A stretch of 64,000 nt of DNA from Myxococcota bacterium (GTDB taxonomy: Bacteria > Myxococcota_A > UBA796 > CAJQPC01): positions 59,723 to 123,722 of the forward strand of contig JAZAMN010000030.1 in assembly GCA_036229005.1 (NCBI GenBank), given 5' to 3'. Below are positions 10,981 through 18,574 of this stretch, in pieces. A model generated the notes under the pieces. The model saw nothing but the letters and a program-made list of their open reading frames with translations. It was not told the origin of the DNA and did not search any database. Positions within the stretch are counted from its first letter, which is position 1. Every line of letters starts with the position of its first letter. Made by a program: the position numbers and the translations under genes.

Positions 10981-11867
10981 GGAGGAGCGGGCTCTGGGGT
11001 GTCCTTCACCCGCAGGAACACCGCCAGGGGCAGGGTCAGCGCAGCCACACCCGCTGCAACCAGTCCCACCGGCGAGGACACCAGATCTTCGACCCCCGGG
11101 AGGACCAGCAGGGAGATCGTGGCCAACCCGTTGAACACCCCGTGCATCACGGCGGCCCCCAGGATGGAGCCCGTGCGCTCGCGGATCCAGGTGAACAGGG
11201 GGCTTGTGACCATGCCCCAGAGCGCCATCACGCCGACGCCCAGCGTGGGGTTGTCGGGGAAGTTGTAGCCCTGCAGCACCACCGGCGCGTGCCACAGCCC
11301 CCACATCGCGCCCACCAGCAGGCTGGAGGGCCAGAAGCCCAGGGGGCGCAGGTGTCGGTGCAGGAAGCCACGCCAGCCCATCTCTTCGCCCGCGGCGAAG
11401 AAGGCGTTGATGGTCGCGCCGCCCAGCACCCCCTGGAACACCGCCATCGGGAGCAGCAGGCCGCCGAGCTTCTCCACCTCGGCCATCATCTCGGCGCGGT
11501 CCTCTTCGGGGAGCTGTGCCGCCATCTGGTCCAGGAAGGCCGTGCCGCTCAGGTCCAGCTCCACGCCGGGGACCAGCGTGGCCGCCAGCGCCGTGCCCAG
11601 CACCCAGACCACGGGCAGCACCAGGGCGGCGAGCAGCCAGAGGTTGAACTGGATGTCCAGCCCCAGCGCCTTCTTGAGGGGCGCCTTGTCGCGGAAGTGG
11701 TTCACCGCGAGGGCAGCCACCGTCGGGGTGAACATCATCACCAGCAGCATCAGGGTCGCCTCGGCGCCCTCCTTGCCGGCGCGGCCCCACAACAAGGCGC
11801 AGGCCCCGGCCAGGGTGAGCGAGATGCCGTAGAAGGCAGCGACAGAGATCCAGTCCACGCGACGCAT
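10962..11867 (-). CDS. CPBP/CAAX (Abi) family intramembrane metalloprotease
   Basis: [17 protein letters not shown] and AAVMHGVFN motifs; multiple TM segments. Confidence 0.9.
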   Translation of the reverse strand: MRRVDWISVAAFYGISLTLAGACALLWGRAGKEGAEATLMLLVMMFTPTVAALAVNHFRDKAPLKKALGLDIQFNLWLLAALVLPVVWVLGTALAATLVPGVELDLSGTAFLDQMAAQLPEEDRAEMMAEVEKLGGLLLPMAVFQGVLGGATINAFFAAGEEMGWRGFLHRHLRPLGFWPSSLLVGAMWGLWHAPVVLQGYNFPDNPTLGVGVMALWGMVTSPLFTWIRERTGSILGAAVMHGVFNGLATISLLVLPGVEDLVSSPVGLVAAGVAALTLPLAVFLRVKDTPEPAPPQNLTE

Positions 11868-11909
11868 GGGGGGGCTTTAGCCTATTGCCTGCAGCCAGGG
11901 AGCCTCCCC

Positions 11910-12551
11910 ATGTTCTTCCGTCGTCCCGCGCCCGTCATGCCCACCGCCGACCAGGCCCTTCCCGGTCGCCACACCCCCATCGTGCCGCCCGAGCGCCACG
12001 CCGTCCTGGGCACCCCGCTGTCGGGCCCTTGGCCGGGCAAGCATGTCCTCGCCGTCGGCATGGGCTGCTTCTGGGGAGCGGAGCGCAAGTTCTGGCAGTC
12101 CGGCGGTGTGCACACGACCGCCGTGGGCTACGGCGCCGGCTTCACCCCCAACCCCACCTACAAGGAGGTCTGCACCGGCCGCACCGGACACAACGAGCTC
12201 GTGCTCGTGGTCTTCGACCCTGAGCAGACCAGCCTCCAGGCCCTGCTCCAGGTCTTCTGGGAGAACCACGACCCCACCCAGGGCATGCGTCAGGGCAACG
12301 ACGTCGGCACCCAGTACCGCTCCGGTCTGTACTACACCACGCCCGAGCAGAAGTCTGTGATGGATGCCAGCCTGGCGGCCTACCAGCAGCGGCTGACGGC
12401 GGCTGGGCTTGGGGAGATCACGACGGAGGTGCTGGAGTTGGGGGCGTTTTACTATGCGGAGGAGTATCACCAGCAGTATCTCCACAAGAACCCGAATGGG
12501 TACTGTGGGATTGGGGGGACGGGGGTTTCTTGTCCGATCGGCGTTCTCTGA
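11910..12551 (+). CDS. msrA: Peptide-methionine (S)-S-oxide reductase
   Basis: [44 protein letters not shown]. Confidence 0.97.
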   Translation: MFFRRPAPVMPTADQALPGRHTPIVPPERHAVLGTPLSGPWPGKHVLAVGMGCFWGAERKFWQSGGVHTTAVGYGAGFTPNPTYKEVCTGRTGHNELVLVVFDPEQTSLQALLQVFWENHDPTQGMRQGNDVGTQYRSGLYYTTPEQKSVMDASLAAYQQRLTAAGLGEITTEVLELGAFYYAEEYHQQYLHKNPNGYCGIGGTGVSCPIGVL

Positions 12552-12726
12552 GAGGCGCTAAGTGTGCAAGGATTTTGGCCTGGAGTGACCTGTAAGGGCT
12601 TAGAATTCGGTTCACGCTCTTGTGCACTTAGGGCTGTACTGCCTTGGGAACGACGGAGGCAGTAGGGTGGCAGTGCGCGACCACAGCAGGCCCGAACCGG
12701 TGGTCCTGGAGGTCGGGGGCAAGACC

Positions 12727-12909
12727 ATGGCCACCGCCTACGCCCGGCGCCCTCCGGGCAACCGAGCGGGGACCGAGCACTGGGCTTGGGTCGTCCACTA
12801 CATCGACGCGGCGTCGGGGACGGCCGTCCAGCGCTCCATGGGGCGCATCGCACCCGAGATGGTCGGGATGGTGCTCGCTGAGTTCTACCAGGGCATCAAC
12901 AAGTGCTGA
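12727..12909 (+). pseudogene. Short ORF resembling an integrase arm-binding N-terminal remnant
   Basis: WAWVVHYIDAASGTAVQRSMGR pattern; sits at the island edge and is truncated by a toxin fragment. Confidence 0.3.
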
Positions 12910-13055
12910 TTGAAGTTCCTTGGGTCCATGGACGGTACGTTAACGTCGGGAATCCGAATGGCCGTCCTGACATCAATGTTCCTACGAACGTCTTCAAGAT
13001 TCAGGGTCTGAGGCCGCCAAAACCGGTCCCCGTGAATCCTGAAAAGGGGAATTGA
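12882..13055 (+). pseudogene. Orphan polymorphic-toxin C-terminal fragment (Ntox50-like?)
   Basis: Fragmentary frame ...VLIEVPWVHGRYVNVGNPNGRPDINVPTNVFKIQGLRPPKPVPVNPEKGN*; lower GC; stop 2 bp before a small immunity-like gene. Confidence 0.4.
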
Positions 13056-13057
13056 CA

Positions 13058-13357
13058 ATGCCTCTCAACTACGACCTGCTTCGTCTGTCCGCGCAACGTG
13101 CGCTGCTGTACAACGTACCGCGATCTCTCCGTAACTTGTCGATGGCCGTTGAGGATGACGCTCTGCTCCTTCGTGCCTACATGACTCACGACCCAAGTGG
13201 GGATGAGAAGGATTTGCTCTATGAAGTCTCCAGCGAGATTGCTGGGGACTTCGTCGAACTTCTGGATTCCAAGAGCCGGACACAGTTTGTCGTGGACAAC
13301 GGGCCGATAGACGGTTTACCTACGCTTCGCTGGGTAGTCTTCTCGCTCGCAGAGTAG
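13058..13357 (+). CDS. Small putative immunity protein
   Basis: SAQRALLYNVPRSLR...EIAGDF pattern of a kind seen in small proteins of toxin loci; lower GC; follows a toxin fragment. Confidence 0.55.
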   Translation: MPLNYDLLRLSAQRALLYNVPRSLRNLSMAVEDDALLLRAYMTHDPSGDEKDLLYEVSSEIAGDFVELLDSKSRTQFVVDNGPIDGLPTLRWVVFSLAE

Positions 13358-13477
13358 GTTGCTCTCTATTGGCCGTAACCCCTCGTCCTCCTCTCGTATC
13401 ACGCGTCAAGGTGGCGCCTTGCGGGGCCCCCCGGGCTCGCGGTCGGCTCGAGTCTCGGTCTGCTGCCAGGGATGGAG

Positions 13478-13635
13478 GTGGACTGAACCCGCTTTCGTGA
13501 ACACAGCCGAACGTGCGGTTCAGGACCTACCCCCCTGAATACAAGGAGAAGCTCGTTGAGCCGTTCCGCTTCGGCGAGTCCGCGGAGAGCCTGTCGAAGG
13601 CCTTGGGTGGTCAGCTACAGGTGAGTCGCGCCTGA
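13478..13635 (+). mobile_element. IS3-family remnant (left end plus truncated OrfA)
   Basis: TGGACTGAACCCGCTTTCGTGAACAC end-like sequence, then VRFRTYPPEYKEKLVE...ESAESLSKALG (OrfA HTH start); no OrfB. Confidence 0.6.
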
Positions 13636-13670
13636 TCTGGGAAATCGCTCTAAGTTATCACAGTGATCTA

Positions 13671-14156
13671 CTACTCTCCGAGCCAAGACTGTCGCCACCG
13701 CTGCCAGCGCTCTGCGACCTCGGCGCCGTTGAGTGACAGTACAACCTGCCCCTCCAGCGTGCCCCACAATTCACCGGAGTCGGTTGCAATCACAGTCATG
13801 TAGTACTCTCTCAGTTCCGGAGCTGTTTGTTGCAGTCGTTGGAGGCCCTCCATCAGCGCGTTGCAGGCTCGTGTGGCGCGCTTCTTGTACCCACCCGGTG
13901 CCTCTGGCCCGAATGCCTTCTCGAGGTCAATGCTGGCTTGATCGAACCCAGGGGGATCCAACTCCAGGTCCCAGTCTACTGGCATCCAGAGCAGATCCGG
14001 GTCGTTGGAGTGCTGCAACAGGTAGGACCTGGACAGTGCCATCGCGTGAAGCGTCTGGATGTCAGTGTCGGTGACCAGTGCGAGGCCTACGATGGGATGA
14101 GGAAGGCTGCTGACCACCTGGGACAGCGCTACATCGACCGAATCTTGAATGCGCAC
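13671..14156 (-). CDS. DUF4303-like putative immunity protein
   Basis: GLALVTDTDIQTL...LWMPVDWD motif; paralogous to 17727-18155; GGAGG RBS. Confidence 0.6.
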   Translation of the reverse strand: MRIQDSVDVALSQVVSSLPHPIVGLALVTDTDIQTLHAMALSRSYLLQHSNDPDLLWMPVDWDLELDPPGFDQASIDLEKAFGPEAPGGYKKRATRACNALMEGLQRLQQTAPELREYYMTVIATDSGELWGTLEGQVVLSLNGAEVAERWQRWRQSWLGE

Positions 14157-14179
14157 AAGAGACCTCCGTGTCGCAGAGT

Positions 14180-14268
14180 ATCAGGCTGTGGAGAACAATG
14201 TGACGATGTCTGCGGGTGTGGTCGATGCGGAGTGCACACCGTCTGCCGAATAGCCTTTGTCATACACC
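14180..14268 (-). repeat. Third, partial copy (3' end) of the probable cognate immunity gene
   Basis: Encodes VYDKGYSADGVHSASTTPADIVTLFSTA*, matching the end of 18197-18562. Confidence 0.85.
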
Positions 14269-14302
14269 TTCGAGTGGCTGGAAGGGCCAAGCTTGGGCAC
14301 GT

Positions 14303-14611
14303 TCAAGTCTGGAAGATCTCGTCGATCTGTATGTAGATCAAGGGCAGGAGCTCATCCAGATCTGCGGGCAGGAGGCCCTTCTGGCGAAGTGCAGCTGCGC
14401 AGCCTTCCAGGTGGAACGACAAGGCGTGCAGCGCGCCGGCGAGGTCCCTCTCCAGAACTGTGGCGCCCTCCAGCTCCTCTGTCAGATGCTCCAGGTCCTC
14501 CTGGAGTCGCAGGAAGCGCTCCTGGGGCACAGGAGTGGCCATTCGGAGGGAGACGAGGAGGCCATCGGGGTGTTGGCTCTCGAACTGGATGCGTTGGCGG
14601 GGCGTGTTCAT
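14303..14611 (-). CDS. Small helical putative immunity protein (MNTPRQRIQFESQHPDGLLVSLR...)
   Basis: ATG at 14611 just after an orphan toxin tip; fragments of it recur at 15345-15414 and about 17570-17680. Confidence 0.6.
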   Translation of the reverse strand: MNTPRQRIQFESQHPDGLLVSLRMATPVPQERFLRLQEDLEHLTEELEGATVLERDLAGALHALSFHLEGCAAALRQKGLLPADLDELLPLIYIQIDEIFQT

Positions 14612-14614
14612 TTC

Positions 14615-14906
14615 AACGTGGTCCGAGTGCTTCGAAGGCGTGATTACGATGGCTTGGGGCCCGATCGTCCCCTCCACGAGGACCTCGGTGCTCTTCTCTG
14701 CGTATCCCAATGAGCGGCCGCGCAGGTGCTGTTGCCGCACGCTTGCCCCAGCGTCGAGTCTTCGTCCGGCCTGAGCAGGCGGTCGACGATGTTCCCCTGC
14801 TCCGCCGCCTCATCCCCGTTCCTCCGTACCAACGCAATCCCGAGCGCCGCAGTCTGCTTGACCTTGTCGTCCCAGAAGAGCTTGGCCGCGCCCTTGATCC
14901 CAACAG
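14615..14906 (-). pseudogene. Orphan toxin module: conserved pre-toxin linker plus internally deleted ADP-ribosyltransferase-like tip
   Basis: VGIKGAAKLFWDDKVKQTAALGIALVRRNGDEAAE matches the main toxin (VGLKGAAKLFWDDAIKKAASLGGMLLRRNKDEAAE); then a different tip IVDRLLRPDED and, in another frame, AEKSTEVLVEGTIGPQAI. Confidence 0.7.
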
Positions 14907-15341
14907 TCGACCTTGTCCACCAGGAACTCCATCAGGCTGTGGAGAACTGTTTGACGATGTCTGCGGCTGCGGTCGATGCCGAGAGTACACCGTCAGCCGA
15001 GTAGCCTTCGTCATAGTAAACCGAGGCTTGGCGGACAGGAGTTCTCGCTCTCACCCAGACTGCCCAGCGCGCGCACTCTTCAATCGGCCCGTCGACCACG
15101 ACTGTCTGGCCATCTCGCAGGATGTAGACCTCGGCGGCCCCCTCTTCGCTCTCCGACCATTCAAGTATGTTGCCTGCAGGCTTGTCCCGGAGGTCCCTCA
15201 GAACAAGTGGGGCTTGAGCGGAAGACAGGTCATCAAGGAGCCGGTCGATGTCGAACCCCCAATTTGTCTTTGAGGGGGGAGAGATGTAGAGCTTCAAAAG
15301 GACTCCGTATCAGCGGACTTCAACGCGTCCTGGAACGCGAA
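14898..15341. repeat. ~440 bp diverged duplicate of 18163-18606 (toxin 3' end plus immunity gene)
   Basis: Direct alignment by eye; offset 3265 bp. Confidence 0.95.
14932..15297 (-). CDS. Paralog of the probable Tox-REase-2 cognate immunity protein (TTG start)
   Basis: 121 aa; I count 11 substitutions relative to 18197-18562. Confidence 0.8.
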   Translation of the reverse strand: MKLYISPPSKTNWGFDIDRLLDDLSSAQAPLVLRDLRDKPAGNILEWSESEEGAAEVYILRDGQTVVVDGPIEECARWAVWVRARTPVRQASVYYDEGYSADGVLSASTAAADIVKQFSTA

Positions 15342-15419
15342 CCCTTCGGAGGGAGACGAGGAGGCCATCGGGGTGTTGGCTCCCGAACTGGATGCGTTTG
15401 CGGGGCGTGTTCATGGTCG

Positions 15420-15881
15420 CTACAGATGCCCATGCTCCATCTGTTCGAGGATCACGGACCAGTAGCTGTCGGGATCTTCGAGGGCGAGTGGGTCGCAAAG
15501 GGTCATTCGGAGGGCGACTTGAGACACCAATGCTTCGGCTTCCTCGTCGGAGAGTGTTCGTACGGATTCTCGATACTGGGAGTACAACTCAAGCATCTTG
15601 GAGAGCTGCTCGACTGACCCGTTCACAAAGCGAGAACCGTCGGGTTCAATGGCGATGACTCCCATGGGGCCAGCACAGAGAACTGTGGGGCCGTCCTCTG
15701 CCAGTGCAAGGTGGTCTGGAGGACAGCGGTCAAGCGCCTCTGTGGTCGGGGGAATCGCCAAGTACCCCTCTTCGCTGGATGGGAGGCCGACTGTCGTGAG
15801 GAAGCGGACATCACTGGCGGAGAGGTACTCCAGAGCCTGGGTATCGAGGGACCACAGGGTCCTAGGGAGCTCTGCCGGCAT
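15420..15881 (-). CDS. SUKH-4 family immunity protein
   Basis: FLTTVGLP, RFVNGSVEQL, DPLALEDPDSYWSVILEQM motifs. Confidence 0.75.
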   Translation of the reverse strand: MPAELPRTLWSLDTQALEYLSASDVRFLTTVGLPSSEEGYLAIPPTTEALDRCPPDHLALAEDGPTVLCAGPMGVIAIEPDGSRFVNGSVEQLSKMLELYSQYRESVRTLSDEEAEALVSQVALRMTLCDPLALEDPDSYWSVILEQMEHGHL

Positions 15882-15981
15882 CTATCGTCCACAGATGTTC
15901 TTGTCGTTGCGGGTCATGGGGAGGGGGGCGGGGCTTGCGCTGGATTCAGGGGTGAGCGTCTGGAGCAGTTCTCGTGGAGCA

Positions 15982-16422
15982 TCAGGGTGCCACAACGGCA
16001 TCCAGGCCCACTCCATCTCGCAGCAGGGCTGTCAGGCTCTCGGACACAAATACAAGCTCATCGGGGTCCGGGTCTGCGAAGCTGGTCATGTAGAGTCCGG
16101 AGCCATCTTGGGCCTCCGCGAACACCAGCACGCCACTACCTCCGTTGTCAGCGATGGCGACCGCGTTCATGTAGGCCTGGAGCGCGTGGGCGTCGTTCAA
16201 CTCGAGGATGCCGGAGGGGCTCCAGATCCGGAGATAGTCGACCTTGTCCACCAGGAACTCCAACTCCGTGGCGTAGTGGAAGAGCACCGCAACGTCCTCC
16301 GGTAGCTGCAGCCCCACAGAGCCGAAGAACTGCCGCGTTTGGAGGAGGTCCTTTGGGGAGGCCGGAGCGGAGCTGCGGGCCAGCTTGATCCTGGGATGTA
16401 GGGAGTCTGTGGGCAGGTTCAT
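15982..16422 (-). CDS. SMI1/KNR4 (SUKH-1) family immunity protein
   Basis: PASPKDL...LQLPEDV...RIWS...AIADNGGSG...VSESLTALL. Confidence 0.75.
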   Translation of the reverse strand: MNLPTDSLHPRIKLARSSAPASPKDLLQTRQFFGSVGLQLPEDVAVLFHYATELEFLVDKVDYLRIWSPSGILELNDAHALQAYMNAVAIADNGGSGVLVFAEAQDGSGLYMTSFADPDPDELVFVSESLTALLRDGVGLDAVVAP

Positions 16423-16550
16423 GGTGTCACTCGTTGGCAGGGGCCGACCTGCTTGCCTGGCGTCCTCTGGGTTTGTTGGAGTACATCGCCCCCCTCCCAC
16501 TTGAGACGGCGCCACAATGACCGAAGCTTGGATGCTCACCAAGGATATAC

Positions 16551-17015
16551 TCAGTTTCCGGAGAGTGCGGTCCAGAGCGGTGTCAAGTGTACGGACTCTC
16601 CGGGGTTTTTCCGGATGATGGCGCCAAGTACTGCTTTGGTCTCTTCCCGGGCAGCCCTGGGCAGTTGGTCTGCTGCAGCGCTCAGCGCCGCCCGGTGAGT
16701 CAGGCTCCTGCATGCCCGCAGAAAGAAGACCTCCGGCCAATGACGGCTGCGCTGAGAGAGCTGCGGTGCCTCAGCGAGGAGTGCAGTGGCGAGGACCCTT
16801 GGGGGCGCGGCTTCCAGCACTTGGAGGACGGAGAACAGCAGATCTTGGTGCTCGTCTTTGTCTGTGAAGAGTTGGATGAGCTTCGCTGCTGTGTGAATGT
16901 CCTGCAGTGGGTGGAGTTCCTCAAGGAGGACCTCTCCTTGAAGGAGGACGTCCTGGGAGGCGTCGTCTTGCAGGAGGGCCTCCAGGTGCGTGAGTGGGGA
17001 CTTGGTGCTACTCAT
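16551..17015 (-). CDS. Imm30-like immunity protein
   Basis: LFTDKDEHQDLLFSVLQVLE...APQL...HWPEVFFLR pattern; overlaps the stop of the upstream SUKH gene. Confidence 0.6.
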   Translation of the reverse strand: MSSTKSPLTHLEALLQDDASQDVLLQGEVLLEELHPLQDIHTAAKLIQLFTDKDEHQDLLFSVLQVLEAAPPRVLATALLAEAPQLSQRSRHWPEVFFLRACRSLTHRAALSAAADQLPRAAREETKAVLGAIIRKNPGESVHLTPLWTALSGN

Positions 17016-17526
17016 CTTCGGAAGACCCCGGGGCGCTGCAGTGTCTGTCATCATCGTCTGTGTCCGGGGGCTGGAGCATTTTGATGAATGCTCCTGTATC
17101 TGGCGCAAGTGCTGACACCGCCTCCTTGCCAACTGCCTCATGATGCCAGTACACCACTGGCGGCTGTGGGGTGCAGTCCAGCGTGCAACAGATCAGGTTG
17201 CCTCCGCCTGCGTCCGCAAAGGGGAGGAGTTGGTCATGTCCTTCTGAACGGAGCAGCCGGACGCACCACAGGATCGTCCCCACCCCCGTGCCGTCGGCCA
17301 TCAGGAAGCTGGACACACAGCCCTGGAATGGCGCGCCTGTGTTGTCAATGAAGTCAAAGTCGCTGGGACTGTCAGGAACCCCGCCGGCTACGGCAGTGAT
17401 CAGCTTCCTGATCCCCTCAGGCAGAGTCCTGGCGAATGTGGCTTCGATAGCAGCGATGGACTGGGCTGTTGCGCCAGCGGGGGGCTCGAACCAGTCGAAC
17501 ACCGACTCGATCTCTTTGTTGGCCAT
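17008..17526 (-). CDS. SMI1/KNR4 (SUKH-1) family immunity protein
   Basis: ATAQSIAAIEATFARTLPEG...GG, LLPFADAGGGNLIC, VVYWHHE, LAPDTGAFI. Confidence 0.85.
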   Translation of the reverse strand: MANKEIESVFDWFEPPAGATAQSIAAIEATFARTLPEGIRKLITAVAGGVPDSPSDFDFIDNTGAPFQGCVSSFLMADGTGVGTILWCVRLLRSEGHDQLLPFADAGGGNLICCTLDCTPQPPVVYWHHEAVGKEAVSALAPDTGAFIKMLQPPDTDDDDRHCSAPGSSEDE

Positions 17527-17726
17527 GCCACATCTTAAAGCCTCCAATGTGGCCTGTCTCGGTGTGGTCAAGGGCAGAAGTCTATCCAACTCGGCGGGCA
17601 AGAGGCCTTGTCGGCGAAGTGCCTTCACGCAGCCCTCCAGGTGAAACGACAACGCGCTTGCAGCGCGCCGGCGAGGTCTCTCTCCGTCATGGGATCCCTC
17701 GTGCCACGTCCAGCATCCGTGTGCGA

Positions 17727-18155
17727 TCAGCTGCTGGCGAGTCGCGCCTGGGCTGCAGAGGCGAGCATTCGCCATCCAGGTCCCCCATCGGCACAGCAGA
17801 TCACCAACACGCTGTCTCGCAGGCTGCTGTTCTCCTCTCTGGCTCGGGCCAGTGTTCGCTCGAAGAGGTCGACGACGAAAGCCTCCTGGTCGGGCCTGTC
17901 GGGGAGCGCTGCCGAGCACTCCGCGAGCAAGGTGCTTGCCGAATCGAATGCGTCTCCATGCCGCTCGTGATCCCAGTCGAAGGGTATCTCCAGGATCTCC
18001 TCGCCTTCGTCTTCGAGAAGCTCATGGCTCAGCCAGGCGGCGTAGACGCTTGAGAAGCCGGAATCTGTGACGAGTGCGAAGGCCGCGACCTCGGGCTGGT
18101 CAGTGAGGGTGGACTGGATGCAGTGCTCAAGGCGTGCTTGGAGTTGTTTGAGCAT
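17727..18155 (-). CDS. DUF4303-like putative immunity protein
   Basis: AAFALVTDSGFSSV...IPFDWD; GGAGG RBS before ATG 18155. Confidence 0.6.
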   Translation of the reverse strand: MLKQLQARLEHCIQSTLTDQPEVAAFALVTDSGFSSVYAAWLSHELLEDEGEEILEIPFDWDHERHGDAFDSASTLLAECSAALPDRPDQEAFVVDLFERTLARAREENSSLRDSVLVICCADGGPGWRMLASAAQARLASS

Positions 18156-18196
18156 TGCCGCCTCCCAACAGTCGACCTTGTCGACCAGGAACTCCA

Positions 18197-18562
18197 TCAG
18201 GCTGTGGAGAACAGTTTGACGATGTCTGCGGCTGCGGTCGATGCCGAGAGTACACCGTCAGCCGAGTAGCCTTCGTCATAGTAGACCAAGGCTTGGCGGA
18301 CAGGAACCCTCGTTCTCACCCAGACTGCCCAGCGTGCGCACGCTTCAATCGGACCGTCCACCACGACTGTCTGGCCATCTCGCAGGATGTACACCTCGGC
18401 AGCCCCCTCCTCGCTCTCCGACCATTCAAGGATGTTGCCTGCAGACTTGTCCCGGAGGTCCCTCAGATCAAGTGGGACTTGAGCGGAAGAGAGGTCGTCA
18501 ATCAGGCGGTCGATGTCGAACCCCCAATCTGTCTCTGAGGGGGGAGAGATGTAGAGTTTCAT
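18197..18562 (-). CDS. Probable cognate immunity protein of the Tc nuclease cargo
   Basis: Starts 12 bp after the toxin stop; same lower GC as the toxin tip; duplicated together with the toxin 3' end. Confidence 0.8.
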   Translation of the reverse strand: MKLYISPPSETDWGFDIDRLIDDLSSAQVPLDLRDLRDKSAGNILEWSESEEGAAEVYILRDGQTVVVDGPIEACARWAVWVRTRVPVRQALVYYDEGYSADGVLSASTAAADIVKLFSTA

Positions 18563-18574
18563 GATGACTCCGTA

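Noticed and set aside
10962..11867. CAAX protease as part of the toxin immunity array
   Set aside because: Core-like codon usage and separated from the array by msrA.
15982..17919. Long N-terminal extensions of ORFs 15982-16740, 16551-17141 and 17008-17919
   Set aside because: They run through neighbouring genes and repeat fragments; family motifs and RBS positions support the shorter starts.
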